From Candidatus Latescibacterota bacterium (GTDB lineage: Bacteria; Latescibacterota; UBA2968; UBA8231): a stretch of 64,000 nt of DNA. Of this stretch, positions 52,322-62,200 are shown piece by piece (position 1 is the first letter of the stretch; each line of letters starts with the position of its first letter). The notes under the pieces are model-generated. The model did no database searches and was not told where the DNA came from. It worked only from the letters and a program-made list of their open reading frames with translations. The stretch covers positions 288,001 to 352,000 of the forward strand of contig OZ242005.1 in assembly GCA_965204725.1 (NCBI GenBank), written 5' to 3'. Position numbers and translations under genes: made by a program.

Positions 52322-55300
52322 CTACAAATACCCCAACAACACCGTAAAATAAGACTTCCACCGCCCCTTATCTCGCACCTCGTCAATCCCATACGCCACA
52401 TCCACTTGCACCCGCGTCGGCACGCTGTAATAAGAAATCAAGTCAAAGCGCAACTGTCCCCCTACATCCCGCAGCGGGCCGGCGCGTCCATACCGTGCAT
52501 TCCACTCGCCGATGTTTCGGTCCCAAGCCTTGCCCATACTGGCGTACACCGCGCCATACACCTTGTCGAAATACAACTGGGCCACGCGCTTGCCCACATC
52601 CGGCAACAGGGGAAAGCGCAGCGTCGCCGTGCCCATCAGCGCCTTGCGCCCCTCAATGCTATAAAAGGTATAGCCCTTCATAAAATTGAGGCCGCCGAGG
52701 CGATAGTCGAAGAAATCGCCGACCCGCATCGTGTCGTTCACCGCGTCGCTGTCGATCCAGCCCCCGTACAGCCGCATGCCCAAGCGGGTATTGCCGGGCA
52801 TGCCGATGTGTTCCTTCCAATCCACGGTGAACTGATTGTAGAACAGCTTGATGTACTCCTCGTCGATAAAGGACGCCTGCTCGTTAAAGCCGTCAATGAA
52901 ATAGTTGAACATCCGGTCATAGCGCAGATAGAGCTGGCGGCCCATGGGGCTTATATCGCGGTCCCGCCGCCGCGCAATCAACTCCATCCGATAGGTCAGC
53001 CCCAGCCCAAAGCCATTGAGGTAGGTATAGCCAAAAGGCCGCTGGGCGGTGCGCTCAAAACCGACCTCGCCATCGCCTCGGCAGACGAGACAGTCGCTCT
53101 CGACGCTGGCATTGTAGCGGTCGTACGTGGCCGAGGCCGTAAGCTCCGCATGCCTACCCAACTTGCCGCGCACCCCCACGCTGAACTGACTCAAGCTGTA
53201 GTTGACCGCGTTGACGACGAGGGCCCGCGCTTCCAAGCTATCGCGGCGGGCATCACGCCGACGCTGGTTGGATACCTCCAAAAAGAAGGTGGGGCGAAAT
53301 CCCTTGAACTCGTACAGGGCAAACAGGTCGCGGTCGGCGTTGGTCGGCGCGATGGCAGCCCCGGCGAATACGCTCTGGCGATTCAGCACATCGCCGGAGG
53401 CCAAGTACGCGCCCGCTTTGAAATACCCCTCATCGACCAACAGCCTCGGCAGGATCCCGGTCTTGAGAAAGTCAATGCCATAGGCTTGGGGCGCGCTCGG
53501 CAACGCGGGCGTCGGCACACCGCGCCCATCCGCGGAAAACCACGCCTCTTCCGTCGCAACCAGCACCCCCTCCTCCTGCAACCGACGGATCTCAAAGCCA
53601 GCCGCAGTATAAGCCGCAAAAACGACTTCGCCCTCCGGGCCGACCGATGGATTGAACGCGCCGCCGATGGTGTTGGTTAGCTGCCGCAGCGCCCGCGTTT
53701 CCAAGTGTAGGGCATAGATATTGAAAATGCCGCTGAAATCCGACGCAAAGACGAGTTCCGTGCCGTCCGCGCTCCACGCGGGGTCGCGGTCCGTACCGGG
53801 CGTAGCAATCCCAATTCGCAGGGGCCACCCTATCGGATCGGTGGAGTCCGCGTCCAGTTCCACCACGGCGATGTCGCGCTGTCCCGCACGCGCAAATGCA
53901 AACGCCAGCCTGCGTCCGTCGGGCGAAAAGCGCGGCGTGTAGAGCTGGGTGCCGTCGGCGAACTGGGTTAGATAGCGTAGCCCGGTGCCGTCGGCCCGCA
54001 TCATCGCCAAGTTGTTGCTCGTGCCTTTGTTTTGCACAAACGCGATCCACTCGCCAGTGGGCGAATAGGTCGGGTACAGGGCGCGCATCCCGCGCGTCAG
54101 CCGCTTGACGCGCGGCGTCTCCGGTGCCGTGCCGCTGACCATGGCCGGGACCAACCACAGCATCCCGCGCCAAAAGCTAGGACCTGCGGCCGCGGAATCC
54201 CACTCGTAGATATCCGCCTGCCGCGAGCCGTATTTGTCGGCTCGGTCAATGCGCGAAAAGAGCAGCTTGCGCCCGTCCGGCGACCAATCCACGGTCGAAG
54301 CTGCGGCTGGGAAGGCCGCGATTTCCTCCTCGCCGGTAGCGAGGTCGCGCACGATTAAGCCGTGGGGGCCGTGGTGCCGCTTGCGCGTCGATAGGTACGC
54401 CAATTTTTCGCCGTTGGGCGCCAGCCGCGGCCGCAGATTGGAAAAGCCCACATCCGCGATCGGTTCGCCCTCGCGCAACGGCCCCAACGCCGCGACCTGC
54501 GCCCAATAGCCCTGCCGCAGGGACTCGATCCACTCGCCGTACAGCGCGTCCGCGCTCTTGCCCAAGACCTTTTTACACGCCGCGTCAATGGCGAGGGTGT
54601 GCCACTCGGACGCGGCTCGGTACAGCGCGGCGATTTTCTCTTCGCCGTATATCTCGGCAATGTAGCGCACCAAGGCAAAGCCGTGATCGTACACGTATTC
54701 ATTGCCAAAGCCCTGCTTGCCAAAGACGCCCATCTGCTCAAAGGACAGCTGCTCGTCGGCGAGCACCAAGGAGCGGAGCACCATGTCGCGATTGGCATCC
54801 CAGCGGTCGTGCCCGGTAGTCGCAGTCCCGTACTGGGCCGCGCCCTCGGCCAGCCACATGGGCACCACCGTACCCATCACTGGATAGGAAGCCACCGCGT
54901 CTGGGTAGCCGATGCGAATGTCCTTGCGGTTTTTCTCTCGCTGGTAGCCAAAGTACTGCAAGTAGAGGGCGGGGACGCGCTGGACGCCTTTGCGCGCCGC
55001 ACCGAGCGAAACGATGTGGGCAAATTCGTGGGTTATTACGTTGCGAAGCCAGTCCGAGCTGCCGCGCAAGTCAAAGTCGTGGTCCAGCGACGTGGTCCAA
55101 ATCTCAATGGTGTCTTGATAGAAAAAAGCCGCGCCATTGGCGTAATCGTCGTGGTCCTTGAGCACAATTCGCACCCGCCCGTCGGGCGCGTACCCATACA
55201 GCTTGGTAAGGGGCGCGTACGCGGCTTCGGCAATGCGCGCTGCCCGCGCTGCGGCCCCGGCCAACCCCTCGTGGTAGAACACTCGGAAGTGCTCGGTCTC

Positions 55301-55387
55301 CACCACTTGCCACGCCAACTCTGGGTGGTTTTGGGCCGAGGACGCGCTCGCCCAGCCGAGCACCAGACACAACGCCAACCCCCTCAC
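52322..55387 (-). CDS. Outer-membrane protein: gluzincin peptidase domain + TolB-like (PD40) propeller + Omp85-like C-terminal barrel
   Basis: GTG start overlaps the upstream TGA; ETEHFRVFYH, VITHEFAH, WLAEG; repeated P.WSPDG; C-terminal strands with YRLGG...KGY.FY. Confidence 0.8.
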   Translation of the reverse strand: MRGLALCLVLGWASASSAQNHPELAWQVVETEHFRVFYHEGLAGAAARAARIAEAAYAPLTKLYGYAPDGRVRIVLKDHDDYANGAAFFYQDTIEIWTTSLDHDFDLRGSSDWLRNVITHEFAHIVSLGAARKGVQRVPALYLQYFGYQREKNRKDIRIGYPDAVASYPVMGTVVPMWLAEGAAQYGTATTGHDRWDANRDMVLRSLVLADEQLSFEQMGVFGKQGFGNEYVYDHGFALVRYIAEIYGEEKIAALYRAASEWHTLAIDAACKKVLGKSADALYGEWIESLRQGYWAQVAALGPLREGEPIADVGFSNLRPRLAPNGEKLAYLSTRKRHHGPHGLIVRDLATGEEEIAAFPAAASTVDWSPDGRKLLFSRIDRADKYGSRQADIYEWDSAAAGPSFWRGMLWLVPAMVSGTAPETPRVKRLTRGMRALYPTYSPTGEWIAFVQNKGTSNNLAMMRADGTGLRYLTQFADGTQLYTPRFSPDGRRLAFAFARAGQRDIAVVELDADSTDPIGWPLRIGIATPGTDRDPAWSADGTELVFASDFSGIFNIYALHLETRALRQLTNTIGGAFNPSVGPEGEVVFAAYTAAGFEIRRLQEEGVLVATEEAWFSADGRGVPTPALPSAPQAYGIDFLKTGILPRLLVDEGYFKAGAYLASGDVLNRQSVFAGAAIAPTNADRDLFALYEFKGFRPTFFLEVSNQRRRDARRDSLEARALVVNAVNYSLSQFSVGVRGKLGRHAELTASATYDRYNASVESDCLVCRGDGEVGFERTAQRPFGYTYLNGFGLGLTYRMELIARRRDRDISPMGRQLYLRYDRMFNYFIDGFNEQASFIDEEYIKLFYNQFTVDWKEHIGMPGNTRLGMRLYGGWIDSDAVNDTMRVGDFFDYRLGGLNFMKGYTFYSIEGRKALMGTATLRFPLLPDVGKRVAQLYFDKVYGAVYASMGKAWDRNIGEWNARYGRAGPLRDVGGQLRFDLISYYSVPTRVQVDVAYGIDEVRDKGRWKSYFTVLLGYL

Positions 55388-58110
55388 TGACTCACCGCCA
55401 TTTTGACCACGGCCTCTCCGCGCCGCCCATCGTCGCCGTGCGCGATCAACCGGCATAGGTACAGGCCGCTGGCATAGCCTGCCACCGACCACGCAATTTC
55501 GCGCTCGCCAGCTTCCAAACCGTCGCTACGGAGCGTACCAACGCGCCGGCCCAGCGCATCAAACACCTCCAATTCAACGCGCCCGGCCGCCCGTAGCTCA
55601 AAGCGCAAATGGGCCTCCTCCCCAGGGCCGACTGGATTGGGATAGCAATAGACCCGGGTTAGCAACGCCCCCTCGGACCGTACGACCGGGCGGCCCGCGA
55701 CCTGCGCGGTCCGCGACCCAGCCGCGTCGGCCCCCGCCTGCGGCCAATGGGCCGGGCCGCCCGCGTACTGGGCCGCCACCCGCTGCAAATCCCACGCATA
55801 CACGGCTTCGCCATCCAAGGAGGCTAGCGCCAAGCGGCCATCGCCATCTAAGCTCCATATCACGGGCGACGCTGTCGGGGGAGCGGCCATCAGCAAGGGG
55901 AAGCCCGGCAAGAGCCGCCCATCGTCCTCTAAGCCGAAAATTCCGCTGTGACCGGCGACGAAGATCTCCTGCTTGCCATCGGCATCCACATCGCCAAGCA
56001 CCGGCTCAAACCCGAGATCGCCGACCTCGGCAAAGCGCGGCAGGGCAGCGGGAAAGTCGGCTTGGCGCAATCCGTCCGCTCGCAGGGCGTGTATCACGCC
56101 GCCGCGCGCCAGCAAAACCACCTCCAACAGGCCATCGCCATCCAAATCGCCCAAGACCGGCGGCGCAACGAGCGAGTCGCCCAACTCGACGACGTGCGAG
56201 CCGATCGCGACCTGCCCGCCGGCTGTGGCGGCAACCAGTTCGGCTTGACCATCGCCGTCCAAATCGCCCATCGCTTGGGGCATCCCCGGCGGCCTTCTCT
56301 CCTTTAGCTCGCCGCTTACGGCATCTATCGTGTAGGTCTGGTCCGCTCCGGCGAGCAGCAGCGCGGCTTCCTCACCCCCGCTAAAACGCATGTCCAACGG
56401 CACCTCGTCTAGCGCGCGCTGCCACCGCGGTTGGTCCGCCCCGGCATCCCACGCGCTAACCTCGGCGTCTCGCCGCAAAAAAATCACGCCATCCCCAGCC
56501 GCCAGCAACCGCGCCCCGGGTACTCGCCACGACGCCACCCCACCTCCGGCCGCATAGCCGACGCCCCCCCCGGCCTCAAAGAGCAACTCATCCACTCCGT
56601 CGCCGTCCAAATCGGCCGCTTGGAGTCGGCCATCGCCCGGCAAATCTCGCGGCCAGCCCGGACGCACGCGCCCAAAGCGTATGGCGACCTGCATGGTATC
56701 GCCGGGCGCGGAAAGCACTTCTATTTCAATGCCGGTAGCCCACTCTCGATTGCTGCGCGAGTCGGGGCGCGTCGCCGGGCCGAACAGGGTTTGTCCGCCG
56801 ATAAAAAACGGGTCGTCGGCCCCCCCCTCGACTTGCCGCTCCCACGCTCGGCGCGGATTGCCAATGTCGCGGTAGCCGTCGGCCTCTTCCAAGGCAATGC
56901 CCGGCCACTGCGGTTGATTGTTCACGGCACTGGGGTCGGCCGCGCGCGCCATCACGCCCTCGTCTAAGTGCCATATCAGCACCCCCGATCCCGGGACGAA
57001 GGCGTCGTATTCCTCCATCGCCACCCACACGCCCTCGTCTATGGAGACTTGCTCCGGGTCGATCCACACCTTCCCTTCGTCCTCTGCGCCGCCGCGCTGC
57101 CCGCGCTGCTGCCTATTCTCCAGCAAGAAGTATTCGCGGGCGTCAATGGGGATGCGCACGGCCTTGGGGAGGTCGCCGCTACGGTCGGTGGCTAGCAGCG
57201 ATAGTACCGTGTCGCGCCGCACCACTACAGGCTCGATCCACCCGAGCTGCATCTTGCTCCAAGCCATGGGATGCGGCGGCGCGAAGCCAACCACCCACGC
57301 GAGGCTGTCGGTTTGCACGTAGCCCGAAGCGTTGGCCCCCACGTCCATCAGGCTCCAGCCGCCCAAGGCCGGCAGGCCGTCGGCAAAATTGGACAACCCG
57401 GGCAACCCCAACTGGTGGCCAAAGAACTTGGCCAGCAAACCATTGAGGCCGGCCCGGCCGTTGAGGCTGGGCGACTCCGGCAAGATCCACGCCTGCGCGA
57501 TCTCCGCATCGCCCACGGTCAGCGGGCCGCCGTTGAAGCGGGCAAAATCGCTCTCAGACAGAAAGACCGAGCGGATGTCGTTTAGTTCGCCGGTCTCGTA
57601 GCCCACTCCGGCGTGGAACACGAGGAAGCTGTTGAACTCGTCCAAGCGCGGGCCATTGGGATCGGCCAGCGCAGCACCCAGGGCGTCGCGCAACAACTCG
57701 ATCCACTTCGCGCCGATCTCCTCGGTCGTGCGTCCGTTGCCGTAGTGAAGCATGGGTTGGGGAAGCGAGTACGCCTGCTGCATGGCGCGGGGAAATACCT
57801 CGGCGGAAATCGCCACCTGACCTTCGGAAACGACCTCGTAGTAGCGGGCCAGCGCGGTCAGATGCCGCTCGAAATAAGCGCGGTCGTGCGGCGGCAGGTC
57901 GTAGGGCAGCGCGTACTCCGCGGCCGCTTCCTCGGCCGAGCGCAAGTCAAAGGCCCCGACGCCTGTCGTCGTCAGCTCGTCGGGACTCTCGCGCACAAAA
58001 TCGACGCGCAAGGCCAAAACGCGCCACTCGTCCTCGGCCGCGGTGGCCGCCGACGACAGCAGGGTGCAGCAGAAGCCCAAGAGGAGAGCTAAATCGACGC
58101 GACGCCGCAT
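55384..58110 (-). CDS. M6 (immune inhibitor A)-like protease domain, apparently inactive, + FG-GAP repeats + T9SS-type C-terminal domain
   Basis: VLALRVDF, VFHAG, GHQLGLP, WSLMD.G, WSK..LGW, EYFLLENRQ, G.LIWH.D; GDLDGDG repeats; YPNP...FD..GR...SGLY. Confidence 0.8.
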   Translation of the reverse strand: MRRRVDLALLLGFCCTLLSSAATAAEDEWRVLALRVDFVRESPDELTTTGVGAFDLRSAEEAAAEYALPYDLPPHDRAYFERHLTALARYYEVVSEGQVAISAEVFPRAMQQAYSLPQPMLHYGNGRTTEEIGAKWIELLRDALGAALADPNGPRLDEFNSFLVFHAGVGYETGELNDIRSVFLSESDFARFNGGPLTVGDAEIAQAWILPESPSLNGRAGLNGLLAKFFGHQLGLPGLSNFADGLPALGGWSLMDVGANASGYVQTDSLAWVVGFAPPHPMAWSKMQLGWIEPVVVRRDTVLSLLATDRSGDLPKAVRIPIDAREYFLLENRQQRGQRGGAEDEGKVWIDPEQVSIDEGVWVAMEEYDAFVPGSGVLIWHLDEGVMARAADPSAVNNQPQWPGIALEEADGYRDIGNPRRAWERQVEGGADDPFFIGGQTLFGPATRPDSRSNREWATGIEIEVLSAPGDTMQVAIRFGRVRPGWPRDLPGDGRLQAADLDGDGVDELLFEAGGGVGYAAGGGVASWRVPGARLLAAGDGVIFLRRDAEVSAWDAGADQPRWQRALDEVPLDMRFSGGEEAALLLAGADQTYTIDAVSGELKERRPPGMPQAMGDLDGDGQAELVAATAGGQVAIGSHVVELGDSLVAPPVLGDLDGDGLLEVVLLARGGVIHALRADGLRQADFPAALPRFAEVGDLGFEPVLGDVDADGKQEIFVAGHSGIFGLEDDGRLLPGFPLLMAAPPTASPVIWSLDGDGRLALASLDGEAVYAWDLQRVAAQYAGGPAHWPQAGADAAGSRTAQVAGRPVVRSEGALLTRVYCYPNPVGPGEEAHLRFELRAAGRVELEVFDALGRRVGTLRSDGLEAGEREIAWSVAGYASGLYLCRLIAHGDDGRRGEAVVKMAVSQ

Positions 58111-58147
58111 GGCACTGCAAAAAAACCAGCGTCTGATTGGGGCACCC

Positions 58148-59200
58148 TCAGAAAACGATGTTCAGGGAAATGGGCGTATTGTCGCCGACCACCGCGCCCT
58201 CGCTGCCGATTATGTACGCCACATCAAACTGGAAGCGATTGTACTTTAGCCCAACGCCAAAGGTCCTCGTATTTACCTCGCCGTCGCTATCGTACGAAAG
58301 ACCGGCGCGCAACGCGATAAACGCCTCGCCTTCGCGGGCGGAAAGCCCGTATTGGTATTCGCCGCCCACGTGCAGGTCGATCTCCTTGAACTCGTTGCTC
58401 AAGCCCTCGTCGGCCCACGCCTTGACCAAGTTGCTGGCGAAAGACCCATCGGCAATCAGCGGCTTGTACAGGTCAAAAGAGAGCATCAGATCGTTGTATT
58501 GGGTATCCATCACGTCGTAGGCTACCCCGACGACGATGTGCTGAGGCAGCGGATCGGCTTGGTCGGCGTCGATGTAGGCGATCTTGGGGCCTAGGTTGCG
58601 CAGGGCCGCGCCAAAGCTGAGGCTGGAGACGGGCTTCCACAAAAACCCCAGATCCGCGGCAAAGCTGTTGCCCACGCCCCGGCCCTGTTCCTTGCCGGCT
58701 CCGGCTCCGGCCAAGTTGCTGCGGATGAACTTTAAGCCGATGCCCGCGGCCGTATGGTCGCCGATAGCTGCTCCGTAGGCCGCCGATATAGCCACGTCAT
58801 AGCTGCGGAAGGTGCCTTGTTGGTTGCCGCGCTCGTCCGTGCGGATTTGCTCGCCTAGGTTGAGCAGCGCGGCGTTGAGGCCGAAGTTCCCCCATCCTTC
58901 AACGGGCATGGAATAGGCCAAAAACTCGTAGGACAAGTCGTCGGCCAGCTTGGGCAACCACGCGGTGTGCGAGAGGTGGAGCTTTTTCTTGCTCTGCCCG
59001 ACGAGCGCGGCTGGGTTGAAGTAGGTGGCCGTGGCGTCATCGGCCACCGCCACGTACGATTCGCCCATGGCAATGGCGCGGGAACCCGGATTGATCAACA
59101 AAAGAAGCGGCGCGCTGCGGCTTTCGGGCGTGGCCCAGCCCCCAACGGGCAATGCGGCCGCGCAAAGGCCGGCCAGCAGCAGGGTCGTCAGTTTCCTCAT
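58148..59200 (-). CDS. porV: T9SS outer-membrane shuttle PorV homolog
   Basis: LLINPGSRAIAMGE..VA..DDA...YFNPA, WLP.L..D, GLKFIRSNL, NLGPKI.Y...ADPLP; directly downstream of porU. Confidence 0.85.
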   Translation of the reverse strand: MRKLTTLLLAGLCAAALPVGGWATPESRSAPLLLLINPGSRAIAMGESYVAVADDATATYFNPAALVGQSKKKLHLSHTAWLPKLADDLSYEFLAYSMPVEGWGNFGLNAALLNLGEQIRTDERGNQQGTFRSYDVAISAAYGAAIGDHTAAGIGLKFIRSNLAGAGAGKEQGRGVGNSFAADLGFLWKPVSSLSFGAALRNLGPKIAYIDADQADPLPQHIVVGVAYDVMDTQYNDLMLSFDLYKPLIADGSFASNLVKAWADEGLSNEFKEIDLHVGGEYQYGLSAREGEAFIALRAGLSYDSDGEVNTRTFGVGLKYNRFQFDVAYIIGSEGAVVGDNTPISLNIVF

Positions 59201-59296
59201 AGCGGAGTCCTCCTCAGCTAAGAATAAAGTATGAAAACGATGCCTCCGAAGTACTAAGGCGATCTCACTGCTGCAAAGGCATTCCTCTCGCGACGC

Positions 59297-62200
59297 TCAC
59301 TTGGCAACCTGTAAGACGGCGCGACGCGCGACCGCAACGCCGCTTTCCCGCTCGGCTTCTATCCGGCAAATATACGCGCCATTGGCCAATCCCGCCGGTG
59401 GCGTCCAAGGCACCTGGTTGTACCCGGCGCGCGTCGGTCCGTCTAGCTGTTCTATTAGCCTACCAGCCAGCGAAAAGACCTCTATCTGCACGGAGCGCAT
59501 GTCGTCTGCTAGCTGATAGGTGAAGTAGCCCCTGTCGCGCATGGGATTTGGGTAAAATAGGACGTGGGCAAGGCCCGCGTCTGCTTCGTCGTCCCCGACC
59601 GACACCGACACCGTCGCCCGCGACGAGTTGTTGAAGTTGTCCCAGGCCTTCAGGCGGATTTCGTGGGGGCCGGTTTCCAGCTCGGGCAGGGGAAATTCAA
59701 CCACTCCCTGCCGGTAGTCCCCGCCCTGTACGCTGTACAGATCGGTCAAGGTGAAGAGCTCGTCGTCAACGGCCAACTCGATTTCGTGCCCGGTCTCGCC
59801 GGTGATGTTGATGCCGCTGGGATCGGCAATCGAGGCCAACAACACCGTCTGCCGCGGAATGTTGCTGCCTTTGGCCCCCTCAAAGCGCAGGGAAATTTCC
59901 GGCCCTTCGACATCCGCTTCCACGCCTGCGGCCGTGCCCGCTAGCACCAATCCTTCGGTCGCGCCGAGGGCCGCCGGGCTGTCATCGCTCCAGACGTAGG
60001 CGCTGATGCGGCCGTTCTGCCCTCCGTAGGTAATGTCTTTAGGGACCCGAAACGCGGCCCTAAACCGGCCCTCAGCGACCAAAAAGCGGCCGCGAAAGAT
60101 GGGAGCCCCGGTCTGCTGGTAGCTAAAACCCTCCAACTCGCTCTCTTCTCGCGAATCAAATGCCTGCAACCACACTTGGCCTTTATAGGTGGTGGCTGGC
60201 GCACCAGCCGCGTCGAGAACTTGGCCGGTGACGACCACTTCGCCGAGGGCGCGGAGCGAATCGGGCCGCTCGAGCTGCACCTGAAAGCGCGGCATGGCCA
60301 AGCGCGTCGCCGGGTCGCCGAAGAGCGAGTAGCGCTGAATGTTGCGGAATGTTTTGGTGCCGGTGGGGTTGTATATCGGCAGCAGCAATTGCTTGGCCTC
60401 GGTGAGGGCCAGCCCAATCGGCACGTGCTTCCGCTCGGTGTGGTATAGCCGCCGATAGAACTCGTTGGCCAACTGGACGTTGGTGTCGTGGTATCCGAGG
60501 CGGGTCGCGCAAATCATGCCGATCACGCCCCCGTCTTCCTTCAGCAGGAGTCCCTCCGGCATGGAGATGCGCACGGGATCGTCGAACACCCCAACTTGAC
60601 TCGCAGCCGTAAAAAACAAGGGCAGGCGGCCGCCGTTGTTGAGCTTGTCCAAATCGCGGGAAAGCAAGAACAGGCTCTCGTGGGCCAAGCGGTCAAAGCT
60701 GCCGTGCCCCAAATAGGTCAAAATTAGCGCGCCCTTGTTGAAGAGCCGGATGAACTCGTCGCGCGCTCGCGGCTTTTCTCGCCCCTCTAGAGGGAATTGG
60801 GCGGTGTAGAGCTTGGTCAAGTCGAGCACCTCGGGCAGGACGCGCCGGGCCATGTATTCGCTATCGCGGATGAAGAACGACTCGACCCGGTTCGGATGGT
60901 CTCGATTGAGCAAATCGTCTGAGACCAGTAGCACTTGGCTCTGCCAAGGCCCCACTTCGGGGGCGCGGTCGTAGGCGATGATTTTGTCGGCCAGCGCGTC
61001 GGCTGCGGCCGCGGTCTGCACCGGCAGCCGACCGATGGCTAGGTCGGGGAACAAATCGCCGCCCACCACGCGCGTGTACCACTCGTCGTACGTGCTGTCG
61101 CCGTCTTGGTATGCTGGGATCCAATGGCCTTGGCTAATCGACGAATTGTTCTTGTAGTCGTACGAGCCGTCGCCAATCAAGGCCACGAACATGGGCGCGG
61201 GGTCCCAGTGCTCGGCCGCATAGGCGAGAAAATTGCGGATCGCCGCCGGGTCCAACAGCCCGCCGGAAAACTCGTCGTAGATGTCTTGGATGTCGATGGC
61301 CGCCGTTTGCAGGGGCGGGCCTAAGCGGTCGTCGGCAGCCCGCCACTGCGCCAAGCGCTCGGCCGCAGCGCGAAAATCGCGGTGGTAAATCGCCACCCAA
61401 TCGGCCCCCCGCGCCCCGGCTGTCAAATTGCCGGGCGAGTCGAGCTCGATCCGCACCGGGCGCTTCCAAGTCGCCGGGCCGCCGACTGCGTACTGGCGCG
61501 GCACATCCCCGGGCCGATCCTGAAAAATTACCGCCCCGTCTTGCGCTTCGTACGCGAAGTCCACCACCTCGGCCAACCCCGCCGAGACCTCAAAGATGCG
61601 CGGCGGCTCAGCGGCAAAACCAGCGAGGCGAAATTGAGTGACGCCGGTCAGCGGATAGGTGAAGTTCAATTGACCGCGCTCGGCCACAAAGCCGCGGCTG
61701 TACTCCACTTCGTACCAGTCGAAGCGGGCCGGACTACCCGAGTGAAAGACCCCCAAGTGGTTCAGCCCCTCCTGCGCTCCTAGCGCGGCCCACAGCGTAT
61801 CGGAGGCAACATATCTCTCCTCGGTTGTAAAAGCCACCGTGCCGATGGTCTCTTCGTTCCAGCGCACTGAAAATCGCGGCCGCGTCTCGGACCCCCGGAT
61901 AAAACCCAAGCGCACAGCCACCGGCTCGGGGGCGGCCTGCCGCACCACCACCGGGAAATTGCGCGCATTGCCGCGAAAGTCCTCCCAGTACCAAGTGTAG
62001 CCAGACTTGATGCCAGATAGCTGGGTGAGGACGAACTGCTCGGCTTCCTCGTGGATTCGCACCCGATAGCTCGTGGGCTGCTGCGGGTCGGGCGCGGTTA
62101 GGGCGCCGCTCCTCTGCTCGGCCCGTCGCCCTTCGACCCCACCGCCAAAACCGAGCCAGTACGCGTTCTCGTGCGTGTAGAGGTTGTGCCGATATTGGAA

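Noticed and set aside
59251-59262. GTACTAAGGCGA between porU and porV, matching the right end of repeat copy C
   Set aside because: Only 12 bp with no hairpin core; chance cannot be excluded.
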